The notes: a model not told the origin generated them from the letters alone. A DNA stretch of 64,000 nt from Ramazzottius varieornatus (GCA_001949185.1 BDGG01000016.1:1031313-1095312), one strand, 5' to 3'; positions 1-18,303 are shown, counted from the first letter of the stretch. Numbers and translations are program-made.

Positions 1-1
1 G

Positions 2-703
2 CAGAAGAATGTTCGCCCATTCAAAGCTTACCCGCGCGATCCGCTGTCCCTGCCACTGGGCTTCTCCGCTTTCCCCATGAACTTGGGCATGGCTAACGCT
101 ATGTCCTTGGAGAGTTTCCTTCCTCAGATGTTCAACGCCGGACCTACGGAAGAGATGATGCAACAGTACAAACGCAAGGCAGAGGCCATGACGACCACCG
201 GAAATAAGAAGCAAGCACTAGCAGTGTCGTCCAGTCAGGGCAAACCAAAACAATCAAGCCGCAAAGCCCAGCAACAACACCGTGACGTCACAGTGGAGAA
301 CCACGCGACGACGTCACGTGTGTCGCCACCGTCCATCGTCACTTCCTCCCACCAGAAACGCCCTGAAGACAAGATTTCGCACGCAGACTCCTCCGGCATA
401 ACTTCTTCTCCACAAGGTTCAGACTCGAAAGAAAGTGGTTCGCGTTCACCGAACCCTAGCGAGTCGACAGATGAGAAGAAGCCTGCTCGCTCGGTTCCTG
501 ACGAAACGAAGGATGCGGCCTACTGGGAGCGACGTCGCAAGAACAACGAAGCAGCTAAGCGATCCCGCGATACTCGTCGTCAGAAGGAAGACGCTATCGC
601 TCTGCGAGCAGAACTCCTCGAAAGAGAGAACATGCAGCTAAGAATAGATGTGTCTCGGTTGAAATCTCAAATCGACGGTCTACGAGCAATGTTTTCGGCC
701 TAG
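2..703 (+). CDS. gt: giant-like PAR-family bZIP transcription factor (5' end outside window)
   Basis: The frame is open from nt 2: [17 protein letters not shown] (RPFKAY motif typical of giant). C-terminal b[47 protein letters not shown]. Confidence 0.8.
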   Translation, partial: QKNVRPFKAYPRDPLSLPLGFSAFPMNLGMANAMSLESFLPQMFNAGPTEEMMQQYKRKAEAMTTTGNKKQALAVSSSQGKPKQSSRKAQQQHRDVTVENHATTSRVSPPSIVTSSHQKRPEDKISHADSSGITSSPQGSDSKESGSRSPNPSESTDEKKPARSVPDETKDAAYWERRRKNNEAAKRSRDTRRQKEDAIALRAELLERENMQLRIDVSRLKSQIDGLRAMFSA

Positions 704-1242
704 CTCCAGTATTTGGTGTTTTCATCACTTCACTAATAATAATACGAAGTTTTGTACTTCCGCATTTACCCGTACCGTTACCCGGCTTTGACAAAACATG
801 AGTTTTACCTTTGAGCTTGATTTTAATTTTCTTCCTGCAACGTTGACTTACTTTTTTCCGAACCAAAGAGAATAATCTTTTCACCGGAACTCCGATCGAT
901 GGACGAAAACCATTCCTTCAGAAGTTTAGCTACGGTACAGTCACATGATTGCTCGATGCATACATCATCGTATCCGTCAGCAGAAATTCGTAGTAAATAA
1001 AAGCCAAAAGTCGTCAAGAAGACCTCACTGGTCAAGAGGACCTTACAGGCCAAGAGGAGCAAAATCACACTGAAATTAACACATATATCCCCAGTAGATA
1101 TTGCTAGAATTTTTCTACGCCACGTTTTCTCACATAAAACTAAAAAACCGAGTTTATTTACACAAGAATCAAGGGGTAATAAAAAAGCGATGAGGAGGAA
1201 CACGACCGAAAAATCACAAAACAGAGAGCCAACTTCCTTCGT

Positions 1243-2628
1243 TCACTCAAGTACCGAGATGCTTTCATCATCTGGCCTAGCTCGTTCGTTCTTTACCTCG
1301 TCGTCATTCATTTCCACGAAGTACTGAGCTTGTCTCAGGTACTTCTTTAGCGGGAGAGGCAACGGAAGTTCCGGTACTCCGTTCCTGTCACGGATGTTCT
1401 GCAGGATGACGAACCGAGACAGGTGCTGCAGAGACTGGACCGTTCTTCTGCGTGACAGCGGGTAGAGAAGCAGGATGCGAGTAGCTTCGAACCCTGGTCG
1501 AGGTCTCGTCATGAAATGCATCTTGCCTGCAAACCAAGAACAGAAACAAAAATCAGTCGAATGTCTGACTGACGTCGACAATTATTAATAAAATCCCCCA
1601 GATTGTCTTGTGAAGTGGCGCAACGAAACGAAAGCGTGCGCCAATCAAGGTGACGATCTGGACTCTGGATAGAAACATTTGCTGACGTCCCACTTCGGAA
1701 TTTCTCTTACCTGTTCGTGAATGTTCAACGGCGTCTTCGATGAAGTCTTGGATATTGTCGGCCTTGTAGTGGTTGATCTTGCGGAACTGAAAGTGTCCGC
1801 CTTGATGTTCGATGCGAATGTGGCCCATCTTTCCTTCGAACTTGCAGGACAGACTGAAGATGAAACGGGCATCGGTGCTGTCACGAACCAAGAATGTCCC
1901 GTCCGGTTCCTTCTCCAGTATCGACTCGGCCACTGCAGCGTTGATCGGTCCCCAGTACCATGGTGCCTAGAAAGTGAAACCCATCCAGAGCCAGTAAAAA
2001 AATACATGCGAATGAGTGACTAAAAGTCCGAAGCAACCGACATCCGAATTTCCGACTCTAAACTGAATATGGTACGCCAGAAGGGATACTGGAACCATAT
2101 CACCACTGCGACCCGTTACACACAAACACAGCAGTATGACATGCCAAACTGAATTCCAAAAGACATTTCACCAAATTCTTTTGGAACTTTGATGTGTTCT
2201 CTTCCTTAAACTCTTCATCAAGAAACGACGCATAAAATTACGGTAAACATCTTAGCAGAGACCTTGAAGATTACGGGAGACGTTTTCTTACTTGTTGGGC
2301 CATGCGAATACTTTTGGCCACAGCAGCCTGATCCTCTTCGTAACTTCGCGTGGCAGCTGCCATGAACTGCTTCACGACGACCGCTTCAAAAGGTTCTCGC
2401 CCACTATTGCTGTTGTTTCCGAGACCTGGAAGTACCAAAAAAAACCTCGACCATACTGGTATTTTAGTACGTAACGGGAGAGATTTGCACACCATGAGCA
2501 TCCGGGAGATCGCTGGAAGGTTTGACAGTGGGTGTTGCTGCAATACCGCTGTCCAGAGCTCCGTTCGAATTTGTCTTCTTCAGGCGAAACAGCTTTCTGA
2601 AGGCTCTCCGTATCCCTTTACCTGCCAT
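1243..2628 (-). CDS. SOCS6/7-like protein (SH2 + SOCS box), ~4 coding exons
   Basis: Spliced reading MAGKGIRRAF...; APWYWGPINAAVAESILEKEPDGTFLVRDSTDARFIFSLS (SH2); LLYPLSRRRTVQSLQHLSRFVILQN...LPLPLPLKKYL (SOCS box). GT-AG junctions are phase-compatible. Confidence 0.88.
1571..1691. repeat. GGCGCAC-palindrome family copy (SOCS intron)
   Basis: aagtggcgca...cgtgcgcca; ends tttgctgacgtccc. Confidence 0.7.
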
Positions 2629-3515
2629 CCTGGTACAGAAAAAGTGTCGGGGCGATGAAGCAAACCAGTTGACTTCACTGTGCGTCGAAGGAGCAAAGGA
2701 GCGACACGATCAATTAATAAGCCATAGTAATCACGTATCAGACTATCCGTCAATCCTACCGAACCCTAAACTCCTGCTTTAAACCATCTGACGAACATGG
2801 AAGGTATTGAATCAGCCAAAAGAATGGCTGCTGGAAGTGGGAACGGTGAATTCGATGGTGAGACAACTTCTAGGTCTGCTCGTCAAAAATGCGTGAAAAA
2901 AGTCCAGAAAAAGTTGAAAACCACTGTAGAGCTCCACTGCTCCAGTATAGAGCCCTGCAACATGAAGCACGTTCTGTACTACACTGCATTTTACTGCAAT
3001 GCAGTGCGGCTACAGTCGCCGAAATGGTGAGAAAATGCAGTTGCAGCGCAGTTGCAGTTTTAGAAAAACGAGCACCGCTCGTCGCACTTTAGAGTACGGA
3101 ATCTGGCCGCATGCGCTGTACTGTACTGCAGCACAGCTAAGCGCATGAACTGACGAAATTTGTGCGGCACAGCACAGCATACAGCAGAAAGCCATAGGCC
3201 GTGTACATTTTATCGACTGGGTCGTTGTGAGTGACGAGGTCGTTATGAAAAACTACGTAGACTTTCTGAACGCTTGAAAAAGCTAGTTGGTGTAGTAGGT
3301 GAAATTTCAGTCAACCTCACAGTAAACCGAAATATAGCGCCGAACCAGCGTTCATAAAATACGGTGGAAAATGCGATCAACCAGCAATCGCAACCTCGCT
3401 AGTTACTTTCGAGCTTTGCTTTTCATTTGCGATCCTATTCGCGCCATTTCTCTCTTATCGTCCCGACAAGACGGATTGCTTTCCCTTTTGCTCTCGTCCC
3501 GGTGTTTCTCTTATC

Positions 3516-4510
3516 ATGTCTCGAAAACGTGGACGTGCTGCCGTGGAACTAGAAGATGCGGAATCCGTGGAGAGAAATCCATTCACCCCGGCGCAGACCA
3601 GGTGAGCTTCGTGGCTGATGAAAGTTTAAACTGTGCCTTTCGACGAAATAGCCTTCCACATGGAGTCCATAATTATCGTTTCACCAGGTGTTTGATTAAC
3701 CTTCGTCTGAAAGAGATGAAGGAGGACTTCTTCGTTTGTGGTTCACAGATTACCTACTGGAAGAAGATGAAAGCGGCCATCGTCGAAGCGTTCTCTGATT
3801 TCGACAAAACAGCCGCGCAAGTCCGCGAGAAATGGCGAAATTTGGACAAGAACTACCGCGCCAAGAAGAAAGCCGCAACGCAGACCGGAGCTGGGAAGAT
3901 CACTTGGCCATTCTTCAACCAGATTGAAGCAGAAATGGGCGACAGGAATGACATCACGCTCGAGGGGATGACAAACATTGGAGGTAAAGTTGGTTGCCCA
4001 TTATTTAAAATGGGTTTCCAAATTGTCACACCCTATCAGTGTTATTAGCCGGAGGCGCACGCCACTGGGGAAATCGATTCACTGTGTTGGTGGAGGGTAC
4101 CCCGGTTGCTTTGTTACTATCTAGTTTCCACTTACCTGGCTTGTCATTCGATTTCTTTTGTAGGTGAAAACGATACGACGGTTCTACGGGACTTCGGAGA
4201 TTATGAGATGAACGACTCTAGTCAAGTCTGGCCTACTGACAAAGCGGATTCCGCCGATCGTGATGGGAGCGCCAAAGTACGAGGAAAGAAGAAGGTGAAG
4301 ACTGGGAAGGACGAAGTGCTGGTTCGTTTTGATCAGCTGCTGTCCAGCACCGATGAGGCCATGAAGACCTTGACCAAGCTCGCCGATAACCAAGAGAAGC
4401 TGGTGGAGCAAAACAAGCAAAGTGTGGTTGCCAGTCAAGAGATAGCTGATTCGCGAAAGAAAGCTGCTGACTCTTTTGCTACTTTCGCCTCTTTACTCCA
4501 GAACCGTTAG
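3516..4510 (+). CDS. Harbinger accessory Myb/SANT-like (trihelix) DNA-binding protein, 3 exons
   Basis: MSRKRG...NPFTPAQTR|CLINLRLKEM...YWKKMK...KTAAQVREKWRNLDKNYRAKKK..TGAG..WPFFNQIE, plus a coiled-coil tail. Introns ~3601-3688 and ~3984-4163 are phase-compatible. Confidence 0.88.
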
Positions 4511-4535
4511 AATAGCCTAGGGAATTGCTATAAAG

Positions 4536-5840
4536 CTAGTACATATTGTCTCTCATCAAGTTTCTAAAAAACTTTTCTCGGATTTCTCTCTTGTCAGCGG
4601 CTTCATCCGGTTCAAGAATAGCTTCATCCAATAAATCTAAGTTGAGCTGGACTTCAGTGTAATCGTCCATATTGATGCACAAGTTGTGCAGAATCATACA
4701 ACAAAGAATAATATGCTTGATCTTATCGAGGCTAGTGGATTCCACATATCTCAAAACTCTAAAGCACTGTTTGAGAACACCAAAGGCTCTCTCCACCATC
4801 ATTCTTATACCGGAATGAATTTCATTGCGTCTTAAATGCTGTTCAGACAGCTCGTCGCGGTTCGTGTAGGGTGTAATTAACTTGATGGAGATAGGATAGG
4901 CAGAGTCCGCAAGGATTTGGTAGCCATCAGGGAGATTGTCTAAGAGACCAGAGTTGGCGAACAATCTTGCATCATGGACACGTCCAGGGGCTCCAATTGA
5001 CACGTGCAAAAATCGACTACAAAAACGAAAGCTTACTTTCGTGCACGTTCACACCAGATGAAATCACAGAAAGATGGACAAGAGTCGAACATATCAGTCA
5101 GGATCGACAACGCCTTGCACGTTCAAGCCGTACTTCCGGTGGCGATTAATGTATTTTTCTCTCTTGTTGTCCGGGGCGGGGCAGTTGATATGGGTTCCAT
5201 CGACATCTCCGAATACCCGAGCAGTTCCTTGGACTTCGGGGAACCTACGGAAATTGTTCATCGTCTTTTGTACCATCGTATCAAGTTCGACGCAGGAAGG
5301 AATCCGGATGACGTTCGGGTACGTATGTTTAACAGCGAGGATAAATTTGTTGACGTATTTATGGGCGGTCGACTTTCCGATTCCGAACGTTCCTAGACAA
5401 ACACTATAGGAGACACCCTTTGACAAATAGTGGAGGCCACAGGCAAGTTGAAGTTCAGCAGGGAATTCGGGACGACCGAAAAGAGAGTCGTTGTCCGGTT
5501 GCAAGCGAGTGCGCACATCGCGCAGTATTGTGGAGAAGGTTTGTCTTTTCACGCCGAACACATTCTTCATGTCGGCATCGCTGTTGAAGATCTCCCCAGT
5601 ATCTCAGTAGACCATACGCTGGAACTTCGCGACATACAGATTATAGTTCAGTCGGGAAAGTAGGGAAGATGCCACAGCGCAATTGTTAAGGATCATACAG
5701 CCTACTTCTGCTGCGGCGGTAGTCTGGCAATCGGACAGCGCATTGCGAGTATCGGGCTCGGGCGGACGAGGAGATGATGCTAAGGTCATCACAGCAACCC
5801 TGACTGGATCAAACTGATCATTCGGAAGCTCCATCTTCAC
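4536..5840 (-). pseudogene. Harbinger DDE transposase (HARBI1-like), disabled
   Basis: Motifs GDVDGTHI, NVQGVVD, PGRVHDARLF, ILADSAYP, RMMVERAFGVLKQCFRVL, LHN. In-frame TGA at 5606-5604 and at 5096-5094 (intron 5094-5017 begins AT rather than GT). Confidence 0.85.
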
Positions 5841-7193
5841 ATCGGAAGAGATAAGGAGAAAAATGACAACTCGGTGGAGAGATAAAACGCGTGATCAGTA
5901 GCACTCTCCAGTGCTGGGTAGAATGCTACTAGTCTTTTTTGGCTAGTAGCTCTGGTAGGCGCTTTATAACGGAGTGGATTTGCTACGCTGGTTGCCTACC
6001 CTGACACATTCACAAAGTCGACGTAGTCGGCGACGCGGTTAGATGAAACGGGGTTGAAATGATTCATCGCATAATTTTTCGACTTTGTGAACGCTTTTTG
6101 GGTTGTTATGAGTAACCCACTGCTGGGTTACACATAATCGCCTTTATGAACGCTGGTTCATCTTCATAACGACCTAGTAGCCTACCACTAAATGAACACG
6201 GCCATAGACTACCGCGCAGATGCACCTACCGAAACCTAACAAAAATTACAGTTTTTGGGCATCTGAACGTCAGCCGTCTCAGCTTTGCCGCACTTCAGGG
6301 CAACTTTCTCCAGGTCGACTACCGATTTCGCTGACTGAATTACAAAGTACGTCAATACATCGGCGTTACGCGGAGTTGCACCAGGTCAACGTTTATCTGC
6401 AGCACAGCTGCTTAGCCACTGGCCATGAAAGTTGTGCGGCATAGCGCAGCGTATAGCACCCTGGTAATGTGCGCAGCACAGTTACAGCGTACTTTTGGAC
6501 CTGTGGCCCAGTGCTCTAAGGTACAGCAGCTCATCAGTACTGAAAACTCCGATGAGAAAATTTTGAAATTAAAAATCTAAATTTGCTGGGTCACTGGGTG
6601 GAACCACTGATGAGCTGCTGCAGGCTTGCAGCGATGGACGGGTGATTTACTGATTCAGGCACCTTAATATTGAGATTCAAGGCTTCAAGCAGGTGTCGCG
6701 TACGAGCATCCGTTACCTGCTTACCTGCTCGGCTGCTCCACGAGGAAGTGGATGGTCTTTCTCAAGGTTCCCTCAGTACTCTACTTCCGTTCAAACCCGG
6801 AACATCTCATCTCCCGGGCCTCTGACTTACAATAGGAAACTCGAACTGTCAGGAAATGCGGCACACTGTTCAAAATCTCAACTGGGAAACAAATCCGTCA
6901 TCGAAAGCAAAGTGTCCATGAGATACATAAAGATAAACCTACAAAGCACGCGGATCTACTGGTAAAACAACAAGAGCGGAAGACAACGCACTGGACATCT
7001 CAGAAAATAACACAGCTTTAAATCAACGGTTAACAGCAAAACAGACCTCGAAATCAAAACTTGAGGCTGTGCGTGGCTGGGAGATCATGCAAAAGTAATA
7101 ATATCATCCATAAAGTAACACGGGGAAAGCAACGAGGGCTACCGAAAATAATAACTACCCTCTTCAGAAATGAAAAGAAAGGACTAGAATCCT

Positions 7194-8039
7194 TCAGCGA
7201 TGCTTGTGCTGAACCTGTAGTCCATGTGGCTGTTCACTGGCCCTCCGCTTGTGGTCCTGGACTGCACGCTCAGCTGATGCCAAGAGGGTGAACAGGACGT
7301 ACCCAGTCCTGAATCTATTCCCTGTTAAGGAAGCACGTTCACGTTTAACAAGCATCCTTTCCTAAAAAAAAAACAAAAATCTTATTGAGAACGACTCATG
7401 ACTTACCGAGTCTGCTCTCGCCGAATGTAGCTCGCTGCATGTCACCATACTGCCCGAAGTACCGTTGAAATCGACCGATGGTCCAGTCCAGGGGAATCCC
7501 TCTCACGACGACTTGTGCAGAGAACTGTGGATCATGGGGCAGCGCAACAGAAACCTAAAAGCAGAAGAAAAGGAATAAACGGAGGGAAGACGCAAACGAG
7601 ACGCAGTAAACCGGGACCAGGAAAGGGGGAAATGTAAACGTACCTGGACTTCCTTGACGTTCCTCTCCGGCGAGTATTCTTCGATGAGGATGCCCGTTCC
7701 AAGATATTCATTCATCTTTGCGAACCAAGCAGCTGCCCTTGATGCAGATTCTGCTGAGGCGAACTTGACGAAGCCTAACCTGTTACACTTACCAATCATG
7801 TCTGTAAAGCACAAAACACCCGGAAGTAAATCAGGCAATCAACAATCAGAATGCCATTCTGGTGAGTCTGTAGGGAACGAAGTTGTGGAAGTACTGTTGG
7901 TGAAGTCCTCGGGCAGGAATACGAACTTGAGCTGGTCATCGTTCTGGCGCTCGGGGAGGATCGAGACCATCGAAAGACGCCCGAGGAAGAAGTCCATGAT
8001 GCCACTTTCCCAAGGACTAAGTAGGTACTGCGAGAGGCC
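7194..8039 (-). CDS. two-RRM RNA-binding protein (first RRM exon structure unresolved)
   Basis: RNP1-like DMIGKCNRLGFVKFASAESASRA. Second RRM QVVVRGIPLDWTIGRFQRYFGQYGDM...GNRFRTGYVLFTLLASAERAV, ending TGA at 7194-7196. The last three exons are phase-compatible. Confidence 0.65.
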
Positions 8040-8600
8040 TGAAAAGCCTACAGTGGAAAGAAAACAAGACTAGGCACAGGAAAATTAGCCGTGAACGTCA
8101 GAAAGCTGTCAAAGGAATCAGCTGGTGGCTTGCAAGAAACAAGACTGAAGAGAAGCCTAACAAGCCAGTGCTTTCAACTTTTGAAATGTTCGCCTTCAAG
8201 CAACAGGAATCCGAAGACCCAGGCACTAAGGGCTTACAAAGATAGATTACAACGCTGGTGTAATTGGCTCCACCCACACTTTACATACACACTCCATAAT
8301 TAAGTTTCTTCCAAGTTCCCTCCCAGACTTAGCTTCAAGACTGTCTCTTCAGGTTAGGATGATCTTATTAGCGATCACGAAAAATGTATGAATAGTTATG
8401 AAGGCCGTCAAGAGAAAGCTGGAATTTTAGCTCAAAATTTCAGGGAAACATCAGATTCGAAATGATGCCAGCATTGTCCACAAGCCACTGCAGTTATTGG
8501 TTCGGGGGAAGCCACATTTTATTTTTTATGAATAACGAAAAGTGCATTATGTTGTGAGTAAAAAGGATTTACGAAGGAAGAGGGATTTCTTCGTTAGAGC

Positions 8601-10611
8601 TCATGGGCTGTCTTCCATCTTTTCACTCTTGACAGCCGGAGAAGCCGCAGGCGAAGAACCGGCAGACTTCGAACTAAACGAACAAATTGACACCATAAGA
8701 AGATACTCAACAGCAAACTTAATCTAAGAACTCGCCATGGCTTACCCGGCTCGTCGGGAAGTCTTTTTCGACTCGCGTTCTCGAGAGCGCGACCTGGAAG
8801 AATCCCTGAGAAAGAACAGAATACGAATTATGTGATCACGATTCACGAAGGACACAACAAGTTACTCGTAACGCTTACTCGTACTTATGCTTGCGTTTCT
8901 TTTCCTTCTTGTGCTTCTTCTTGTGAGGCGTTCGTTCTTCATCCGAAGATCCATCCCGATCCCGTCTGGACTTTCGTGTTTCGTCCTTGTCCCTTCGTCT
9001 TCTGTATTCTCGATATTCCCGTTCTCGATCCTTCTCTTTTTCCAACTCTCGTTCTTCCCTTTCCCGTTCACGCTCGCGTTCCCGCTCTCTTTCTCGTTCT
9101 CTCTCTCTTTCTTTCTCCCGTTCTCTTTCCTTCTCACGTTCCCTTTCCTCCCTTCGTTCGCGAGATCGTCTTCGTCGCTCGTTGGACCTACTTCTCGACC
9201 TTCGTCTCTTTCGGGAAAACGGCGAAGGACTACGAACGCGAGAAGACCGAATACTGCCTTCTCTTTCCTCACTTCGCTTGACCAAGTGCGAACGGTTGAT
9301 ACTACCAGGAAGTATAACGTCGGGCTGAGTTGTACCAAGAAGACTAGAGGAAACTGACAGGAGGCTTTCGTCACGCTTGATCTTCTCCATGGCTTCTTCA
9401 ATTTCCCTCTGCGATTCCTGGTTACTCTTCAACTGTGGTTTTTCTATGGCTGTATGTGAACGACTAAACAGTAAGTGATGACCGTGAAATGCAGTGCCGT
9501 TGCACGAAAGAGCAACGTCGACAGACTCTGGAGCGCTAAACTCCACGAAGGCCGACTTGGAGGTTGGGGCAGACGGAGAAACTGCCAAGCGGATGTATTT
9601 GACTTCGCCTATCTGGTTGAAGAACTCCAGTAGACCTGCAGGCTTCTCCGCCACATCGTCAGGCATGTTGTTGACGAAGATCGTTCGGCTCACGTCATCG
9701 TGACCGACCGTTTCTGCAAGGGGGAAAAATGAAGACTCACAGTTATGACAGATGTGATAACTAGTAAGACACTATGTGACATGATGACCGGCATAACACG
9801 TTATCTTGGAACATGGATATGACATACACGGTGCACTCATGATGTTACCACCAGTCGACGCAAGACAATAAAGACATTAAGTTGCCACCGCCAGATGAAA
9901 GTCCCACTGTAGCTAAGATGAGTTGCAACGTCACTCGTAAACGCAGCAGCTGATCAGAACTTTGAATAGTTCGGCAGCCACCATGCTTCTCAATGCTAGC
10001 CAACCGTAACTCCAATTACGCTATTTTTCGAAAATAAGAGGAGCTCCGGAAAGCAAAATGTAGTTACACGTCACGAAAGGGGCGGAGCAAGGCCGCAGCT
10101 ACAGTTGCAAAGTGAACGGGAGTGGCAACTTAATCTCTATAATGTATCACACCTATAATATAATCACACCTCTATAATGTATCACACGACACATCGATGA
10201 CGACATGCGCGAGTACCCTGAATTTCACTGATAAAATGGACGAGGATTACCTTCTTGTTCGACTGGATTAGCTTGTGAGAACGCTGAAATGTGTGCATTG
10301 TGAGCATTCCTCATTCCTTCAGCTTCGTCCGGGATGACAGGCCCTTCGTACGGAGCTACGATCACAGCTCTGTCGATGAAGACGGTGTTGGTGAGATGCA
10401 GAGCGACGGCGGCGTCGTCCATCCGGGCATACTTGGCATAACAGACTTTAGACGCCGGCGGTCCGCCTCCCATCAGCTGTATCCGTTCGGGGTAAAGCTT
10501 GAGCTGTTCCAGACGACCGATGAAGGACAGAAACGTCTTCAGCTGCTCGATGTTGACGGTCGGAGCGATGTTGGTCACTTGGACGATCTTTGAGGTTACC
10601 GCCAGTTCCAT
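8601..10611 (-). CDS. SREK1: SR-related splicing factor SREK1/SRSF11-like (2 RRM + RS/RE domain), 4 exons
   Basis: IVQVTNIAPTV...LHLTNTVFIDRAVIVAPY; RTIFVNNM...AFVEF; RS and RE dipeptide tract. Terminal exons splice in frame to ...KHKDSSRSRSRER...KMEDSP*. Confidence 0.88.
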
Positions 10612-10873
10612 TTTGAAAGTCGACAACGCTACACCGCTGTCAAAAGATTCAGAAAATTCTTTTCCTAACGAAAGGCGATCTAAGTTCGCTACCGTAGGTC
10701 TGCGGGTTGCGGAACGAAACTATTAGCAGAGCTGCAGAACCATCAGAAAGATTCAGAAAATTCCTCGAGCAATGCGATTATGCGAGGTCAAAATGTCCCC
10801 CTCGAGGGCGGTGTACTGAGTGGGGACCTGAGGGGCTGAGGGGAGTACAGCGTGTGTTTACTTATCGGTTCCG

Positions 10874-10910
10874 TTGTTTGTTTGTCTGTTTGTTTGTTTG
10901 TTTGTTTGTT
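10874..10910. repeat. (GTTT)n microsatellite
   Basis: ttgtttgtttgtctgtttgtttgtttgtttgtttgtt. Confidence 0.9.
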
Positions 10911-11912
10911 TTCTCAGAATGTTTGTGGAACGCGACAGCCCTTAAGTTTGTTTCCAACTAGAAGACTCTTCGGTTACATCCAGCGGTACAGATCGGATGC
11001 GACCGGAAGCATCTGCCACGCTGTCGAGCGGGGCTCGTGACGTAACTGTTACTGTGGAATAAGAACGGCCCAATGGGCGGAAATATACAGTAAGGCACCG
11101 CGGGTTCATACGAATTGACCAGGAAACTCCCGCACATTAGTTCTACGTAGTGCATATCTCCATTTCGCAAAGATTGTTTTCCCGATTTCAGACCACGAGG
11201 GATTGGTTTGTGAAGATGGAAATTGCTTTTATTACGACAAGGCCTTGCAAATGATGATGAGAAGGTAGGATAATTACCACCAACCTGGCACGCTCTTCGT
11301 CACAGCTCATTTGGCAGACCAACAACGAACAACGAACCATGTAATTGCCAGCACTAGCTTATGGATCGTCTCTCTGCTAATTGAACTGTATATATGCCTC
11401 CCCTTCTCGTGACATTGAGTAACTAGTTTCGTATCTTTCGATTCGCGAGCGAGGAAGACCGCAACGTTCGAGCCGAAGAAACCCGCGTTCGTTTCGATCA
11501 GAAAGACATTCATCATGCTAATCATTTACCGGACGATCCAATATGGCGGGAAGATTGGACTGGAGCCTGACAAGTGGATAATACGCGGGTCGAGGCAGCT
11601 CTGGAGTCGATAACGGGACAGTATGTTGACTTGATCGATTGGTCTTCATCCCTAATCTTCGCGGGTGTCTGCGGCGGCTTGCGCGAAGAGCCCACTTTCG
11701 GCGGAAAGTGGTTTCTTCACAAGTGCAGATGGTCCTTCTCTTCCCAACTAGTCTTATTAGCGCCTCACGCGTTTCCGTGATCCCTTGGCAGGGGAACATT
11801 AAGCTTTAGATCTGGCTTCCGGCAGCTAAACGCTGCCTCGCCAACATTTGGCTGTCATCTGGCTGTGTTGATAGTCTTCTTTCTCACAGGCACTTACTTC
11901 GCAAATTCAACT

Positions 11913-17809
<5,897 letters not shown>

Positions 17810-18303
17810 CCTCGTTGCGGTGACTTTGGATCTGAATATTGACATTGCGTGATGTTTCTTTGATTTAGGCAGTATTGATAAGGCTCGAACAGTAACCGAA
17901 AATGAGTGTATCAAATTTGCTTGGCTGATCTGTATATTCGGGGAGAAAAGCGGATAGAAAAGAGCACAGCTCGAATAAAGAAACTTACGTAATGATGACC
18001 AACGCGAACATCAATGTCGGGCACGATGAAACGAAAACTCAACGAGAAAATGGAACTTGATGAAAATGAATGGGGCTTGTTTGAATGAGGAGAAAGTGTA
18101 GTTCCGGCGCCGTGTTATGCCTGCAGCAGCATACCTATAGAAAATACTGTACGTTCACCTGGAGAGCGGATGTCGTTATTAGGAAGTAGGAAATGGCGAT
18201 GTGCGGGCAGGGTTTCTCTAATGCTTGAACAAGGTACGATCGGTGTGGATCCTTCGACAGGAGGAAGTGAAAAGTGAGCAGTGGGTTCTTTCACCGGGGC
18301 AAG

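Larger units (their letters stand above)
3197..6203. mobile_element. PIF/Harbinger DNA transposon, full length (~3.0 kb)
   Basis: TIR GGCCGTGTACATTT (3197-3210) vs AAATGAACACGGCC (6190-6203), 13/14 match. ATA on both flanks. Subterminal inverted matches gaaccagcgttcataaa/tttatgaacgctggttc and aggtcgttatgaa/ttcataacgacct. Two convergent genes. Confidence 0.92.

Noticed and set aside
8832-9401. Several long overlapping ORFs over the RS/RE tract
   Set aside because: Shadow frames of the low-complexity GA-rich SREK1 exon.
9781-9955. ATGATGA ... CTGA box C/D snoRNA-like motifs
   Set aside because: Antisense to the host gene, with no terminal stem or recognisable guide.
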